Origin: a virus
IMG/VR virus record: IMGVR_UViG_3300028146_000010
Coordinates: 1-64,000 of that record
Reading direction: 5' to 3' (one strand)
Length of the DNA: 64,000 bases
Shown here: positions 1-8,521 of the stretch, one piece after another
Numbering within the stretch: the stretch's first letter is position 1
Layout of the letters: every line of letters begins with the position of its first letter
Translations under genes and position numbers: made by a program
The notes under the pieces: model-generated
What the model saw: the letters and a program-made list of their open reading frames with translations, nothing else
What the model was told of the DNA's origin: nothing
Databases searched by the model: none

Positions 1-518
1 GCTACGTGCTCATCGCCCTTCTCAACCTTCACGCCAACGAACAACTCACTTCGCGTTGCGGGCATTCGTGAGTAAGACTTGACTCGCGCAGGCTCACCGC
101 GCACATGGTCGTAGGGCTCTACGTCGGGTGTGACAATCGCCCCTGCGGCTATAGTCGCCCCGTGTTTGATGTGAACGCCGGGGAGAATCACAGCTCCGGC
201 CCCGATGCTCACGCCATGCTCAATTCGCGGAGGTTCAGCGATGTAGGATGAATTGCCTGCTCGGGGATGCCGATCATCCGTAAACACGACACCGGGGCCG
301 ATAAATACCCGCTGACCAACGGTGGAATTGGACGGCAGAAACACATGCGCGGATATTCGGGTGTTGTCACCGATAACCGATCCACGTCCGATTTCCGTGC
401 CGCTGCCGATTGAGCAATTCTTGCCAATCTCGACATCCGCTAGCACCGTCGCGTAATGCCAGATAGTCGTGTTTGTGCCGATGATCGCGGACTCGTCGAT
501 GAAGTTAATTGGCTGCAT
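1..518 (-). CDS. hexapeptide-repeat (left-handed beta-helix) sugar acetyltransferase, runs off the left edge
   Basis: Not in ORF track; manual translation from ATG at 518 gives MQPINFIDESAIIGTNTTIWHYATVLADVEIGKNCSIGSGTEIGRGSVIGDNTRI...FIGPGVVFTDDRHP...SIGAGAVILPGVHIKHGATIAAGAIVT, classic hexapeptide repeats. Confidence 0.9.
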   Translation of the reverse strand, partial: MQPINFIDESAIIGTNTTIWHYATVLADVEIGKNCSIGSGTEIGRGSVIGDNTRISAHVFLPSNSTVGQRVFIGPGVVFTDDRHPRAGNSSYIAEPPRIEHGVSIGAGAVILPGVHIKHGATIAAGAIVTPDVEPYDHVRGEPARVKSYSRMPATRSELFVGVKVEKGDEHV

Positions 519-1572
519 AGACCTTCGCTCCGTTCTGTGAAACTTCCACGGTCGGCTTTATCACTTTAATCGGCATGATGTCTCGATCAAGCAAGGACTC
601 GTAAATCTCTTTCATTCCCAACGCGGTTACGCTAATATCGGCCACTTCACGTTTATCAGCACGCGGCTCTGTATCGCCCTTCAGAATCGCAATCATTCGC
701 TTGGCGATCTCTCGCTGATCGCCCTCCTCCACCCAGAACGAGCTGTACGGATTCCCTTTGTAGCTGATCGTCTTACAACCCGTGGCGTTGGCCTCAAGGC
801 TCAAACGGTTGTAATCGCCATAGCGGACTAGCCCGCACATCGCGTCCACGCTTCTGAACACATTCCTGAGTGCCGTGCCGTGAAACGCTAAAGGAGATAC
901 GTGTGCGCCATAACTGGCCCCGTTTGCGTTGATGAACGGGAAGTACCAGCGGTGTTGGTCGTTGGGTAAATAGCACGCATGAAGGCACGCCTCGGGAAGT
1001 TCTTCGTAGACGAAGGGCCATGCGATAAACAAATCCAGCGGACACTTGATCGCGTGACAGTTCTCCGCCGTAAACACGCTAGGATTGCCTGACCATTTAC
1101 CCTCGCTGGGGCCGGGACACCAAAAGTCCTTCTCCACTCCCATCTCGACGTAGTGGACTTTCGTGTTCTTATCCACCATCGTTTGAATGATGGCTTGATG
1201 CCGAGGCCATGAGCTAACTATCGCGTCGGCCTTTTTCAGCCAATGCATAAATAACATCAGTCCGTCTCCGTGGCCGTAACCATGCGCCCCGGACTCAACC
1301 GACGAATGGAAGATATGCTCGATTGTCCCGTGAACCGGAAACACGAGCTTGTATTTCTTTTTGGCAATCTTCTTTATCTCGTTTGGGAAATGGGTATGGG
1401 CCACGAAAATGTCGGCATCGGCGATAGTGTCCAGCGCCTCGGGCGAAGTCTCGTGCATGTTGACTAAATGGGAATCAAGGCCAAGCTTCTGCTCCGCGCC
1501 CACTAACGACTTGGCCGCGTTATGCATACCTGAACCGTTCCACATGGAAATGTGAGCTAGTTTGTAGCTCAT
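505..1572 (-). CDS. glycosyltransferase (GT-B fold, GT4-like)
   Basis: 355 aa; N-terminal SGMHNAAKSLV, HGTIEH, KADAIV, MGVEKDFWCP and C-terminal SLEANATGCKTI resemble GT-B motifs; adjacent to a sugar acetyltransferase. Confidence 0.75.
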   Translation of the reverse strand: MSYKLAHISMWNGSGMHNAAKSLVGAEQKLGLDSHLVNMHETSPEALDTIADADIFVAHTHFPNEIKKIAKKKYKLVFPVHGTIEHIFHSSVESGAHGYGHGDGLMLFMHWLKKADAIVSSWPRHQAIIQTMVDKNTKVHYVEMGVEKDFWCPGPSEGKWSGNPSVFTAENCHAIKCPLDLFIAWPFVYEELPEACLHACYLPNDQHRWYFPFINANGASYGAHVSPLAFHGTALRNVFRSVDAMCGLVRYGDYNRLSLEANATGCKTISYKGNPYSSFWVEEGDQREIAKRMIAILKGDTEPRADKREVADISVTALGMKEIYESLLDRDIMPIKVIKPTVEVSQNGAKVYAAN

Positions 1573-1574
1573 AA

Positions 1575-2252
1575 CTACGCCGAGTTAGCCGTACTCGTGG
1601 TGATCGAAAGCTTGAGCGCCAACGACGTAATTGCGCTGTTGGTCGTGGTCGTCAAGCTGGACGTAACCACCGAATCACTCACAGCTTTGGAATCCGCCAC
1701 GGAGATGTTCAGCGAGTTCGATGCTGCCGCGCTGCTGGTGGTAGTCGTCAGACTGGATATAACCACCGAATCGCTGACGGCTTTGGAATCCGCCGTTGAG
1801 GCCCGCACACCTGCTGAACCCGCAGCGGAGGTCGCGGCAGATGTATTGATAGCATCCGACGTGGTCGCAGAGCGAGCAGTAGAAGCGTTAGTGGCCGCAC
1901 TGTCAGCCTTTGACGATGCCGTAGCAGCTTGGGTAGTAGAGAACTGTGCCGCCACCATCCACGTGCCATCGTTCTGGGTTTCCAACTCTACGGCTTCACT
2001 GGTAGCGGCGAGAGCAGTGCTGAACGTGGCTCCGGCGTTGACGATGGTGAGCGTGTTGCCCGACGTATCATCCGGGCTGATTGCCACAACCAGTCGGTGA
2101 TATGCACCACTGTCCAGATCGTCGTAGATGGTTAGCGTAAAGCCCGCGCTCGTACAGTTAGCAACGACTTGACCCACATTCGGGTCGGTCAGCGAGTAAG
2201 TCGAACTGATATTGATTGTTTGACTCTCACGAGAAATGGAATCTATTGGCAT
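1575..2252 (-). CDS. virion fibre/decoration protein with Ser/Thr/Ala-rich repeat tail
   Basis: N-terminal beta-rich domain resembles the C-terminal domain of 4064..4735; last ~120 aa are about 45% Ser+Thr by hand count. Confidence 0.6.
   Translation of the reverse strand: MPIDSISRESQTINISSTYSLTDPNVGQVVANCTSAGFTLTIYDDLDSGAYHRLVVAISPDDTSGNTLTIVNAGATFSTALAATSEAVELETQNDGTWMVAAQFSTTQAATASSKADSAATNASTARSATTSDAINTSAATSAAGSAGVRASTADSKAVSDSVVISSLTTTTSSAAASNSLNISVADSKAVSDSVVTSSLTTTTNSAITSLALKLSITTSTANSA
1640..1795. repeat. 96-bp-period coding repeat (ADSKAVSDSVVxSSLTTTT twice)
   Basis: aaccaccgaatc...gctttggaatccgcc occurs twice, 96 bp apart. Confidence 0.9.
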
Positions 2253-2274
2253 CGGTGTATCTCCTGTGGTTGTG

Positions 2275-2373
2275 AAAACGAAAAGGCCGCGTCAAGTCGG
2301 TAACAAGGAATTGTCCCTGCTAACGACCTCACGCGGCCCTGCGGACATGCGCCCGCCAAGCTAAGTTGTCAAA
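2275..2373 (-). promoter_or_regulatory. boxA-like 15-mer + small hairpin + long terminator-like hairpin, copy 1
   Basis: TTGACAACTTAGCTT, GCGGGC-GCAT-GTCCGC, then GGCCGCGT...ACGCGGCC followed by TTTTCGTTTT; same layout at 16749..16829. Confidence 0.75.
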
Positions 2374-2832
2374 CTATCCACCAGCACCCGCAGCGGCCCC
2401 TGCTGCTCCTTGCAGTGCAGGCATGATCTTCGCGCTAAACGGCGTCTTGTAACTCCCGGTCTGTGTTCCACTGGAACCTGTCTGCACCAACGGCGGGGCA
2501 GTGAGCGCCGCCAGATACGCATTCTTCTGATAGTTCTGATTGTTCACGTCGTACTGGCCTGCACGAGACTCCTGCCCTGCGGTCTGGTCGATGCTGCGTT
2601 CGCCTGATCGTGTAATCGCATCACGCATCTGCGGGGTGGTGTAACCGCCTGCGGGGTTCAAAAACGAGCGGCGCAATTGAGACTTGGCCTCACCCGCACG
2701 GAAGCCGATGGTTGGGTCAACCTGAAAGTTGGTGCCGCGAAGGGTATCAATATCCGCACTCGACGCGCCGGGTTGTCTCCCGTACGTTGCTGTATTGGTT
2801 GAAGTGCCCTTCTGAGTTTTGGTTGAACTCAT
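2374..2832 (-). CDS. small ejection/pilot-type virion protein
   Basis: Gly/Ala/Thr/Gln-rich with glycine-zipper-like C-terminus; follows GNAT-like gene as in podovirus tail modules. Confidence 0.5.
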   Translation of the reverse strand: MSSTKTQKGTSTNTATYGRQPGASSADIDTLRGTNFQVDPTIGFRAGEAKSQLRRSFLNPAGGYTTPQMRDAITRSGERSIDQTAGQESRAGQYDVNNQNYQKNAYLAALTAPPLVQTGSSGTQTGSYKTPFSAKIMPALQGAAGAAAGAGG

Positions 2833-3277
2833 CTCGTGTTTTCCTCAAGCGTACCCATCGAAAGCGACCTACGCGTTCCTCGATACCATCCCTTTGGAAC
2901 CCGCAGGCTTCAGCCACGCGAATCATACCACAATGTTTATCAATCACCGCAGCAAAAACTTCCGTCGCCCCCCACTGCTCGAAAACCACCCGTTCGATGC
3001 TCATGAGGGCGACCAGTAACACGTCCATGTCGATGCGGCGCTCGCAGTCAAAATGGCATTCATAGACTCCATTGCCATCAGGCCGCAGGGTGACTAACGC
3101 CACCAGTCCGTCAGTGAATATTCCCACGCTCACCCGTCGCTTCATCAGGGCGAACCATTGGCGGAAGTGAGTCAGCGCGTCCCAGCGTCGAACGAGACAA
3201 GGATAGGAATCACGCCAGTGCCAAGCGGTGCGGTAAAGGTGCTCGTCGCGGTCAGGGTGTAGCACTCGGAGTTTCAT
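2747..3277 (-). CDS. GNAT-fold virion assembly protein (P22 gp14/T7 gp13-like position)
   Basis: Probable start MKLRVLHP at 3277; YECHFDC and MIRVAEACGFQRDG match the GNAT C-terminal motif. Confidence 0.6.
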   Translation of the reverse strand: MKLRVLHPDRDEHLYRTAWHWRDSYPCLVRRWDALTHFRQWFALMKRRVSVGIFTDGLVALVTLRPDGNGVYECHFDCERRIDMDVLLVALMSIERVVFEQWGATEVFAAVIDKHCGMIRVAEACGFQRDGIEERVGRFRWVRLRKTRDEFNQNSEGHFNQYSNVRETTRRVECGY

Positions 3278-3278
3278 T

Positions 3279-4079
3279 TTAGTTTTGCTTAAAAACTCGC
3301 CATCGAGCGGTCGTACTGTCATAAACCAAATCTGCCGCCTGATCTGCTGACAGCGTAATATCAGCTCCCGTAGAACACAGGAAACGATTAGTTGCAACGC
3401 TGCCAGTATTTTGATGTTTCAGAACAATGTTATTCGAGCCTGCGTTTACTATAAGATGAACCTCGCCGCTTACATTACCTGACGCTGCGCCTCGTGGCTC
3501 GAAACCGGTAACATCTCGACTGGCGTTGCTAGTCCACCTTTGACAATAAGCAGCCCCCGTATTGTAATCGTTCTGATTTGAGGTAATTTGCGCGGGAGAT
3601 AACACAGGCGATGACCACGTTGCTCCCGCGTTCGCGTTATTGCGAAGACGCAATATGCCGCCATTCGTTATAGCAGCGGCCCCGTCGTCTAGCTTGACTG
3701 CGCTACGAAAGTTTATTGAGCCAGTATTCTGAACTGTATAGTTCGCAAAATTAGCGGTGCCCCACTCATGGGTTGAGTCACCCATGTCCTGCGTACCGCT
3801 TGTGCCAATTGGTTGAAACTTCCCGTTTAGAGATAGAACGTCACTTGCTTTGTCGTAGGTAAGACCCGCATCGCCTCCGAATGCTCCAGAGTCGTTAAAT
3901 TGTACTTGCGTGTTGCTACCACCCGGTGACGTGCTCGCTGCGGTTCCGCTAGTTACGGTTGTCCCGCTGCGTTTGAGAAACTGACCATCGGTAATCCCAG
4001 CAATCGTCAGCGTGGTCGGCCCAGCAGTTTCCTCTATTTTCGTAGCTACGGGAAAGTAACTCATCAGACAATACTCCAT
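3279..4079 (-). CDS. tail fibre/spike protein
   Basis: PGGSNTQVQFNDSGAFGGDAGLTYDK fibre motif; C-terminal LVYDSTTARWRV. Confidence 0.75.
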   Translation of the reverse strand: MEYCLMSYFPVATKIEETAGPTTLTIAGITDGQFLKRSGTTVTSGTAASTSPGGSNTQVQFNDSGAFGGDAGLTYDKASDVLSLNGKFQPIGTSGTQDMGDSTHEWGTANFANYTVQNTGSINFRSAVKLDDGAAAITNGGILRLRNNANAGATWSSPVLSPAQITSNQNDYNTGAAYCQRWTSNASRDVTGFEPRGAASGNVSGEVHLIVNAGSNNIVLKHQNTGSVATNRFLCSTGADITLSADQAADLVYDSTTARWRVFKQN

Positions 4080-4735
4080 TCCGTCCCAGCATTCTTAGGG
4101 ACGATTGAAAAGGACGTGTACTGGATGAAAGTGGTTTGGGTAAGCGCACCGTCAATGGTTTGTGTTCCTGACGCATCCAGCGTTACGAGGTTGGCGGACG
4201 AATCAATCTTCTTGATGTAGTAGACCTTTTGCTTGGCCGTGGTAACGTTGTGGAGGTTGACCGTGACGGCCCCACCGCTTGCGTCTACCAGCAATACATC
4301 GTTCACATCGGTAAGCGAGTAGGGCGAATTAGCGACGGTGATGGTAGTAACATCTAAAGTGGCTGCGGTTGTTGCCGCCCATTTCAACCCGGTTGTTTGC
4401 GCTGAATCTACCGTCAACACTTGACCGTTAGTGCCTACGGGTAATCTAATTCCTAGCGTGCTGCTATGCGTGTACAAGTCACCCTTAGTAGTCAGCGGGC
4501 TAACCAGTGTGATAGTCGCGGGTGAGCTTCCAGCAAACGTAAACCCTGACGTGCCAATACCTGTGAGTTTGATTACGGGGCCAGTGACGGAGATGCCTGT
4601 ATCGACATTAATGGTGGTGATGGCCGTTGTCCCGCCGCCGCTGGAAACGGCCACAGAAATGGAAGGCAGCACACCTCCATAATTGTACCACATTTGAAAT
4701 GGGGCTAAGTCAGGATTATCCAGCTCGTTAGACAT
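4064..4735 (-). CDS. tail fibre protein
   Basis: TTKGDL...RLPVGTNGQVLTVDS...GLKW fibre motif and IKKIDSSANLVTLDASGTQTIDG domain. Confidence 0.75.
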   Translation of the reverse strand: MSNELDNPDLAPFQMWYNYGGVLPSISVAVSSGGGTTAITTINVDTGISVTGPVIKLTGIGTSGFTFAGSSPATITLVSPLTTKGDLYTHSSTLGIRLPVGTNGQVLTVDSAQTTGLKWAATTAATLDVTTITVANSPYSLTDVNDVLLVDASGGAVTVNLHNVTTAKQKVYYIKKIDSSANLVTLDASGTQTIDGALTQTTFIQYTSFSIVPKNAGTEWSIV

Positions 4736-4749
4736 ATAATTTTAGTATG

Positions 4750-4756
4750 GTATAAT
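4750..4756 (+). promoter_or_regulatory. extended -10 promoter for the HNH gene (near-leaderless)
   Basis: TG-G-TATAAT ending 7 nt before ATG 4764. Confidence 0.6.
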
Positions 4757-4763
4757 CATCGCC

Positions 4764-5426
4764 ATGCTTAACTACTTACAAGTACCTTTTCTCAATCGGG
4801 CCTACCTGAAACTCCTCTTTAGCAAAATTGCGATCACTCCGTCTATTTCGTGGAATGGAACATCATGCTGGATTTGGACTGGCCGCACGGATAAGGGATA
4901 CGGATTTTTCCGCTATAAAGCCAGAAGCACGCGAGTTCATCGCCTAATGTTTGCATGGTTAGTTCACCCAATCCCGAGAGGTCGTCAACATGGTGAATTG
5001 GATCATCTGTGTAAGCGTCCGGCTTGCTGTAATCCTATTCACTTGGATTTCGTAACCGCCCAGATTAATTGCCTGCGAAGTAACAGTCCTGCGTCTATTA
5101 ACGCACGAAAAACTCATTGCAAGCACGGCCATCCTCTAAGTGGCGACAATCTACTACTAGAAAGCGGAGGCCGCAAGTGCCGTACGTGTAGAAATAAACG
5201 AGCCGCAGAATACCATCAAAAATATCCCGAAAAACATCGAGAAGCTTGCAACCGATGGTGCAGAAAAAACCGAGAGGCCCGTACCGAGTACCGCCGTCGC
5301 TGGCGCGCAAAGAATCCAAATTACTTCCGAGATTTAATGCGTAAAAAGCGAGCGGCAAATCCAGAGGCGTATAATCTCTACATGCGCGAATATCAAGCTC
5401 GGAAAAAAGCGGAAAGATTGACATAA
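4764..5426 (+). CDS. HNH homing endonuclease, antisense to the tail operon
   Basis: CWIWTG, GYG, HRL, LDHLCKRPACCNPIHL, KTHCKHGH motifs. Confidence 0.9.
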   Translation: MLNYLQVPFLNRAYLKLLFSKIAITPSISWNGTSCWIWTGRTDKGYGFFRYKARSTRVHRLMFAWLVHPIPRGRQHGELDHLCKRPACCNPIHLDFVTAQINCLRSNSPASINARKTHCKHGHPLSGDNLLLESGGRKCRTCRNKRAAEYHQKYPEKHREACNRWCRKNREARTEYRRRWRAKNPNYFRDLMRKKRAANPEAYNLYMREYQARKKAERLT

Positions 5427-5798
5427 TCATCGCACCCTCACCGATGTCACGACTGCATCGGGAAACTGTCCACGTATCGCTGACAGCACTTTCTCCCGCT
5501 CCACTTCTTGAAACGGTCGGCTTTGCAGGGTATGGTTCTTTATGCTGCGCAGCTTTGTGCCCTCTTCATCCACTACCGCCACCCTGCCACTTTCCACGAA
5601 GATGTCATAGCGGAAAAGGGATAGAGGTTCCGGCTCCGGCACGCCCTGCCGCTCAATGGAAATCCGCGCATCGTTACCGTAGAGTTGGCGTAACTTCTCG
5701 ACGGTCAACGGTGCAACTTCACGCGATGGCTCATCCTGCCAAGAAGTCGTCTCTAGCAGACCGCCATCCGCATTGTTGACGTGGAATCGCATTTTCAT
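5427..5798 (-). CDS. hypothetical protein in tail module
   Basis: 123-aa ORF coupled by ATGA overlap to upstream gene. Confidence 0.6.
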   Translation of the reverse strand: MKMRFHVNNADGGLLETTSWQDEPSREVAPLTVEKLRQLYGNDARISIERQGVPEPEPLSLFRYDIFVESGRVAVVDEEGTKLRSIKNHTLQSRPFQEVEREKVLSAIRGQFPDAVVTSVRVR

Positions 5799-6811
5799 CG
5801 GCGAACACCTTGAACTGCTTGCTCTAACGTCAACTCATCTATTCTATCCCTAACGGACTCGCCCGTGTCATTCCCAGATAATCGAATTGTTCCGAGAACA
5901 GCGTTTGGGCAATTAATCTGAATCCGTGGCGATTGCGCTACGCTGGTAGTATCAGAGAGCGCGATTGGCCCGGTGGTGCTGTTAGTCCCATCTTCTAGGT
6001 CACTGATCACTATCGACTCGCCTACGTCGTAAGCATAAGCCCGAAGTTCAGGGTTAGTGAGCTTGCCTGTAGCCCGAAAGGCTTTATAAACCTTACTCCT
6101 TAACTCCTCGCCTGAATCCGAAACAGGCAAAGTCACATACCACGCATTCCCCGGCCCAGCGTCCACGCGCTTACTGTCTGTGCCGCTTCCTGTTGGGGGC
6201 GGTGCGGTGCAATCAGAATTGGTAGTGACTAGAAAGTTGTCAAAGTTTTTAGAGATGGTAGCGAAAAACGAGCCGCTATCACCTGTCAGCCCACAAAGCG
6301 TTCCATAGTTCTGTGGCTGGCCGGTATCATCATAGGTGCCTTGAAGCGTCGTATTGACATAAACCTTGAAAATACTATCGCAGCACGCGCATGAAATTGT
6401 GTCGTTATCGGCAAGGGTGATGCTAAGATCGAGAACAGTTGAGGTCGATCCTGCGTATGTTCGCTGAAGACGTAGTTGATTGGCGGAACCAATAAAACGA
6501 TAGTAGACCAATCGCCAAAAATAATTAGCATCAACGTAACGAAAAACAATCCCTTCACCAATGCCAAAACTTCCCGATCCGGTGGTTGGATTAACCAGCG
6601 TGACTTTCGTGACCGCATTGGTAAGCCCCGATTCAATAACTACTCGCCCATTGGCATCGCCAAAATTCCACGTCCATAACGCCGTGTTGCTGCTGATGCC
6701 GAATGCCCCCGACACCCCTGACACCTGACTCCACGTTTGGCCCGTGGGCGCGGTGCCCAGCGATGTAGGACTATCTGCCCGATTGAAGTTGTCAGAGACG
6801 ATTATTGCCAT
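5795..6811 (-). CDS. lectin/beta-sandwich domain fused to a nozzle-like C-terminal domain
   Basis: DNFNRAD...FDNF flanks a ConA-like domain; after a Pro/Gly linker WYVTLPVSDSGEELRSKVYKAFRATG resembles C-termini of podovirus nozzle proteins. Confidence 0.55.
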   Translation of the reverse strand: MAIIVSDNFNRADSPTSLGTAPTGQTWSQVSGVSGAFGISSNTALWTWNFGDANGRVVIESGLTNAVTKVTLVNPTTGSGSFGIGEGIVFRYVDANYFWRLVYYRFIGSANQLRLQRTYAGSTSTVLDLSITLADNDTISCACCDSIFKVYVNTTLQGTYDDTGQPQNYGTLCGLTGDSGSFFATISKNFDNFLVTTNSDCTAPPPTGSGTDSKRVDAGPGNAWYVTLPVSDSGEELRSKVYKAFRATGKLTNPELRAYAYDVGESIVISDLEDGTNSTTGPIALSDTTSVAQSPRIQINCPNAVLGTIRLSGNDTGESVRDRIDELTLEQAVQGVRR

Positions 6812-6814
6812 TTG

Positions 6815-8521
6815 CTATGTGCGCCTGCCTCCCACCACCAACTCCAGCCTATCACCAATCGTCGCCAGCCCACTCACTATCTGATCCTGATTATCCTCGC
6901 TATACTCACATGCACCGATCCAGTCTTGCTGGGGCAGGCCATAGAGCAGCCCCTGCGTCGTCCAGAATCCCGCGCTGTTGCGTCTCGCCCCGCAGTAGAA
7001 AAACCAGATGCCGTTGTTGTAAGGGTCGTAGCCCACGACTACATGACCGGGACTCCAACTTTGGGTGATAGCGTAGACTCGTGCCGCCCACGCGCGTTCA
7101 GCGTCAATCTCGTCGCCGTCACCCACGCTGCGACTTGGCCCACCATTGGGAAACCCGTAGATCATTCCATTGACAAACACCAATTGATCCGGCCCTGCAA
7201 ACCCATCGTGCCAAAAGGGGCGGATAAGTATCGGCACGGCATCATCGGGCGTGGCTTGGGCAATCTGGAGGTGATTAATGGTGGGTAAATAGATGCGGCC
7301 TTGACCACTTAACGCCCAGAGAATCGTTTCAGGTGGTGAGGATGAGAAGGCTAATTCCAGCGGAGCTGCTTCAATGTTATTCGGCTTACTCGGTACGATA
7401 AATGGCCCCGGTGAAGTCTGGGTAGGATTCGTCGATGCACCCTGCCCTTGGCAACTGAAATACACTGGTGCATTGTTCAAACTGACCACGCCCTCCGCGT
7501 CGGTCGGTGCATCATTGTCAAAACTCACGATCTCATTGACCACAATCTCCGCGTCCAGCCACTCGGTTGTGTACGTCCCGCCACCCGCCGACACATCCGC
7601 CGTGGTAATCATCACCCAGAAGAACCACGGGCCTTGCAGGTAGCCTAGATTAGCCCCTATCGCCGCCACATACGGCGTCACTGCTAGCCACCATGCGTCC
7701 TGACCATTAGCCGTGTCCATCGCAGGCAAGGTGAATTGAACCTTGTCGCCTGTGGCAATGGTTACATCAGCCCGAGGCGAAGGATTGTTGTACCCGCCCG
7801 TTTGGCTTCTCGCGGGCAGAATCACCGCTGAGTACGAACCTGCCTGCATCCCTTTTGTCCCGCCACCGACAGCCGCCAGCGTCGGCGCAGCAGGCGTGTT
7901 CATGCCGAGAGGAAAGTTGGTGTAGGTGTCAGTGGCCGCATCAAACAGGGCGATGGAGGGATGACGAGCCAACGTCCACGAGGCAGACAACGGCTGACCA
8001 TTCAACTGAAACACCCCCGCACCCGCGCCAATGAAACTACCTTTATCCAACGGGTCAACCCCACCCCAGCTAGACGATCCCCGCTGTGCGTTTATCGCGT
8101 ACATCCGGCTCATGCGCCAACCGATAACACCTGATGCTGAACTATCCGGCGCTCGCCACACTTCTATCTCAGTGTCACTAACAACTCGCCTTGCCACCAG
8201 CGGCCATGAGGTTGAATCGTCACTCGCAATGGCAGTTATCTTCTGTCCCAGCCGCACCTCAGAGAAGAACGCCGTACCGACACCCGTGACTGTCGTACTG
8301 TCCACGGTAAGAGTCAACGTTCCAGTCAACGCCACCATATCCAACGGCTCATTTAAGTCACCAAGCCCACTGAATGTTTCCCAGTATTGCGAAGGAGGAA
8401 GGCCGCGTAAGATGAGGTTGTTGAGACGGAAGGCAGAGTTGGATTCATCGCCCGTGAGGGCTACGGTGGGCCAGTAGGGGCCTGCCTTCACTACCCTTGG
8501 TGAGATTTTGCCGCCCATCAA
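6815..8521 (-). CDS. tail nozzle/stabilisation protein, N-terminal part
   Basis: 568 aa beta-propeller-like sequence (SKPNNIEA, VGYDPYNNGIWF) directly after adaptor-like genes. Confidence 0.6.
   Translation of the reverse strand: MMGGKISPRVVKAGPYWPTVALTGDESNSAFRLNNLILRGLPPSQYWETFSGLGDLNEPLDMVALTGTLTLTVDSTTVTGVGTAFFSEVRLGQKITAIASDDSTSWPLVARRVVSDTEIEVWRAPDSSASGVIGWRMSRMYAINAQRGSSSWGGVDPLDKGSFIGAGAGVFQLNGQPLSASWTLARHPSIALFDAATDTYTNFPLGMNTPAAPTLAAVGGGTKGMQAGSYSAVILPARSQTGGYNNPSPRADVTIATGDKVQFTLPAMDTANGQDAWWLAVTPYVAAIGANLGYLQGPWFFWVMITTADVSAGGGTYTTEWLDAEIVVNEIVSFDNDAPTDAEGVVSLNNAPVYFSCQGQGASTNPTQTSPGPFIVPSKPNNIEAAPLELAFSSSPPETILWALSGQGRIYLPTINHLQIAQATPDDAVPILIRPFWHDGFAGPDQLVFVNGMIYGFPNGGPSRSVGDGDEIDAERAWAARVYAITQSWSPGHVVVGYDPYNNGIWFFYCGARRNSAGFWTTQGLLYGLPQQDWIGACEYSEDNQDQIVSGLATIGDRLELVVGGRRT

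Noticed and set aside
6233-6244. TTTGACAACTTT as third copy of the boxA-like motif
   Set aside because: Lies in coding sequence (NFDNF) and lacks the following hairpins.
3279-6811. Diversity-generating retroelement acting on fibre/lectin genes
   Set aside because: No reverse transcriptase and no template/variable repeat pair seen in the window.
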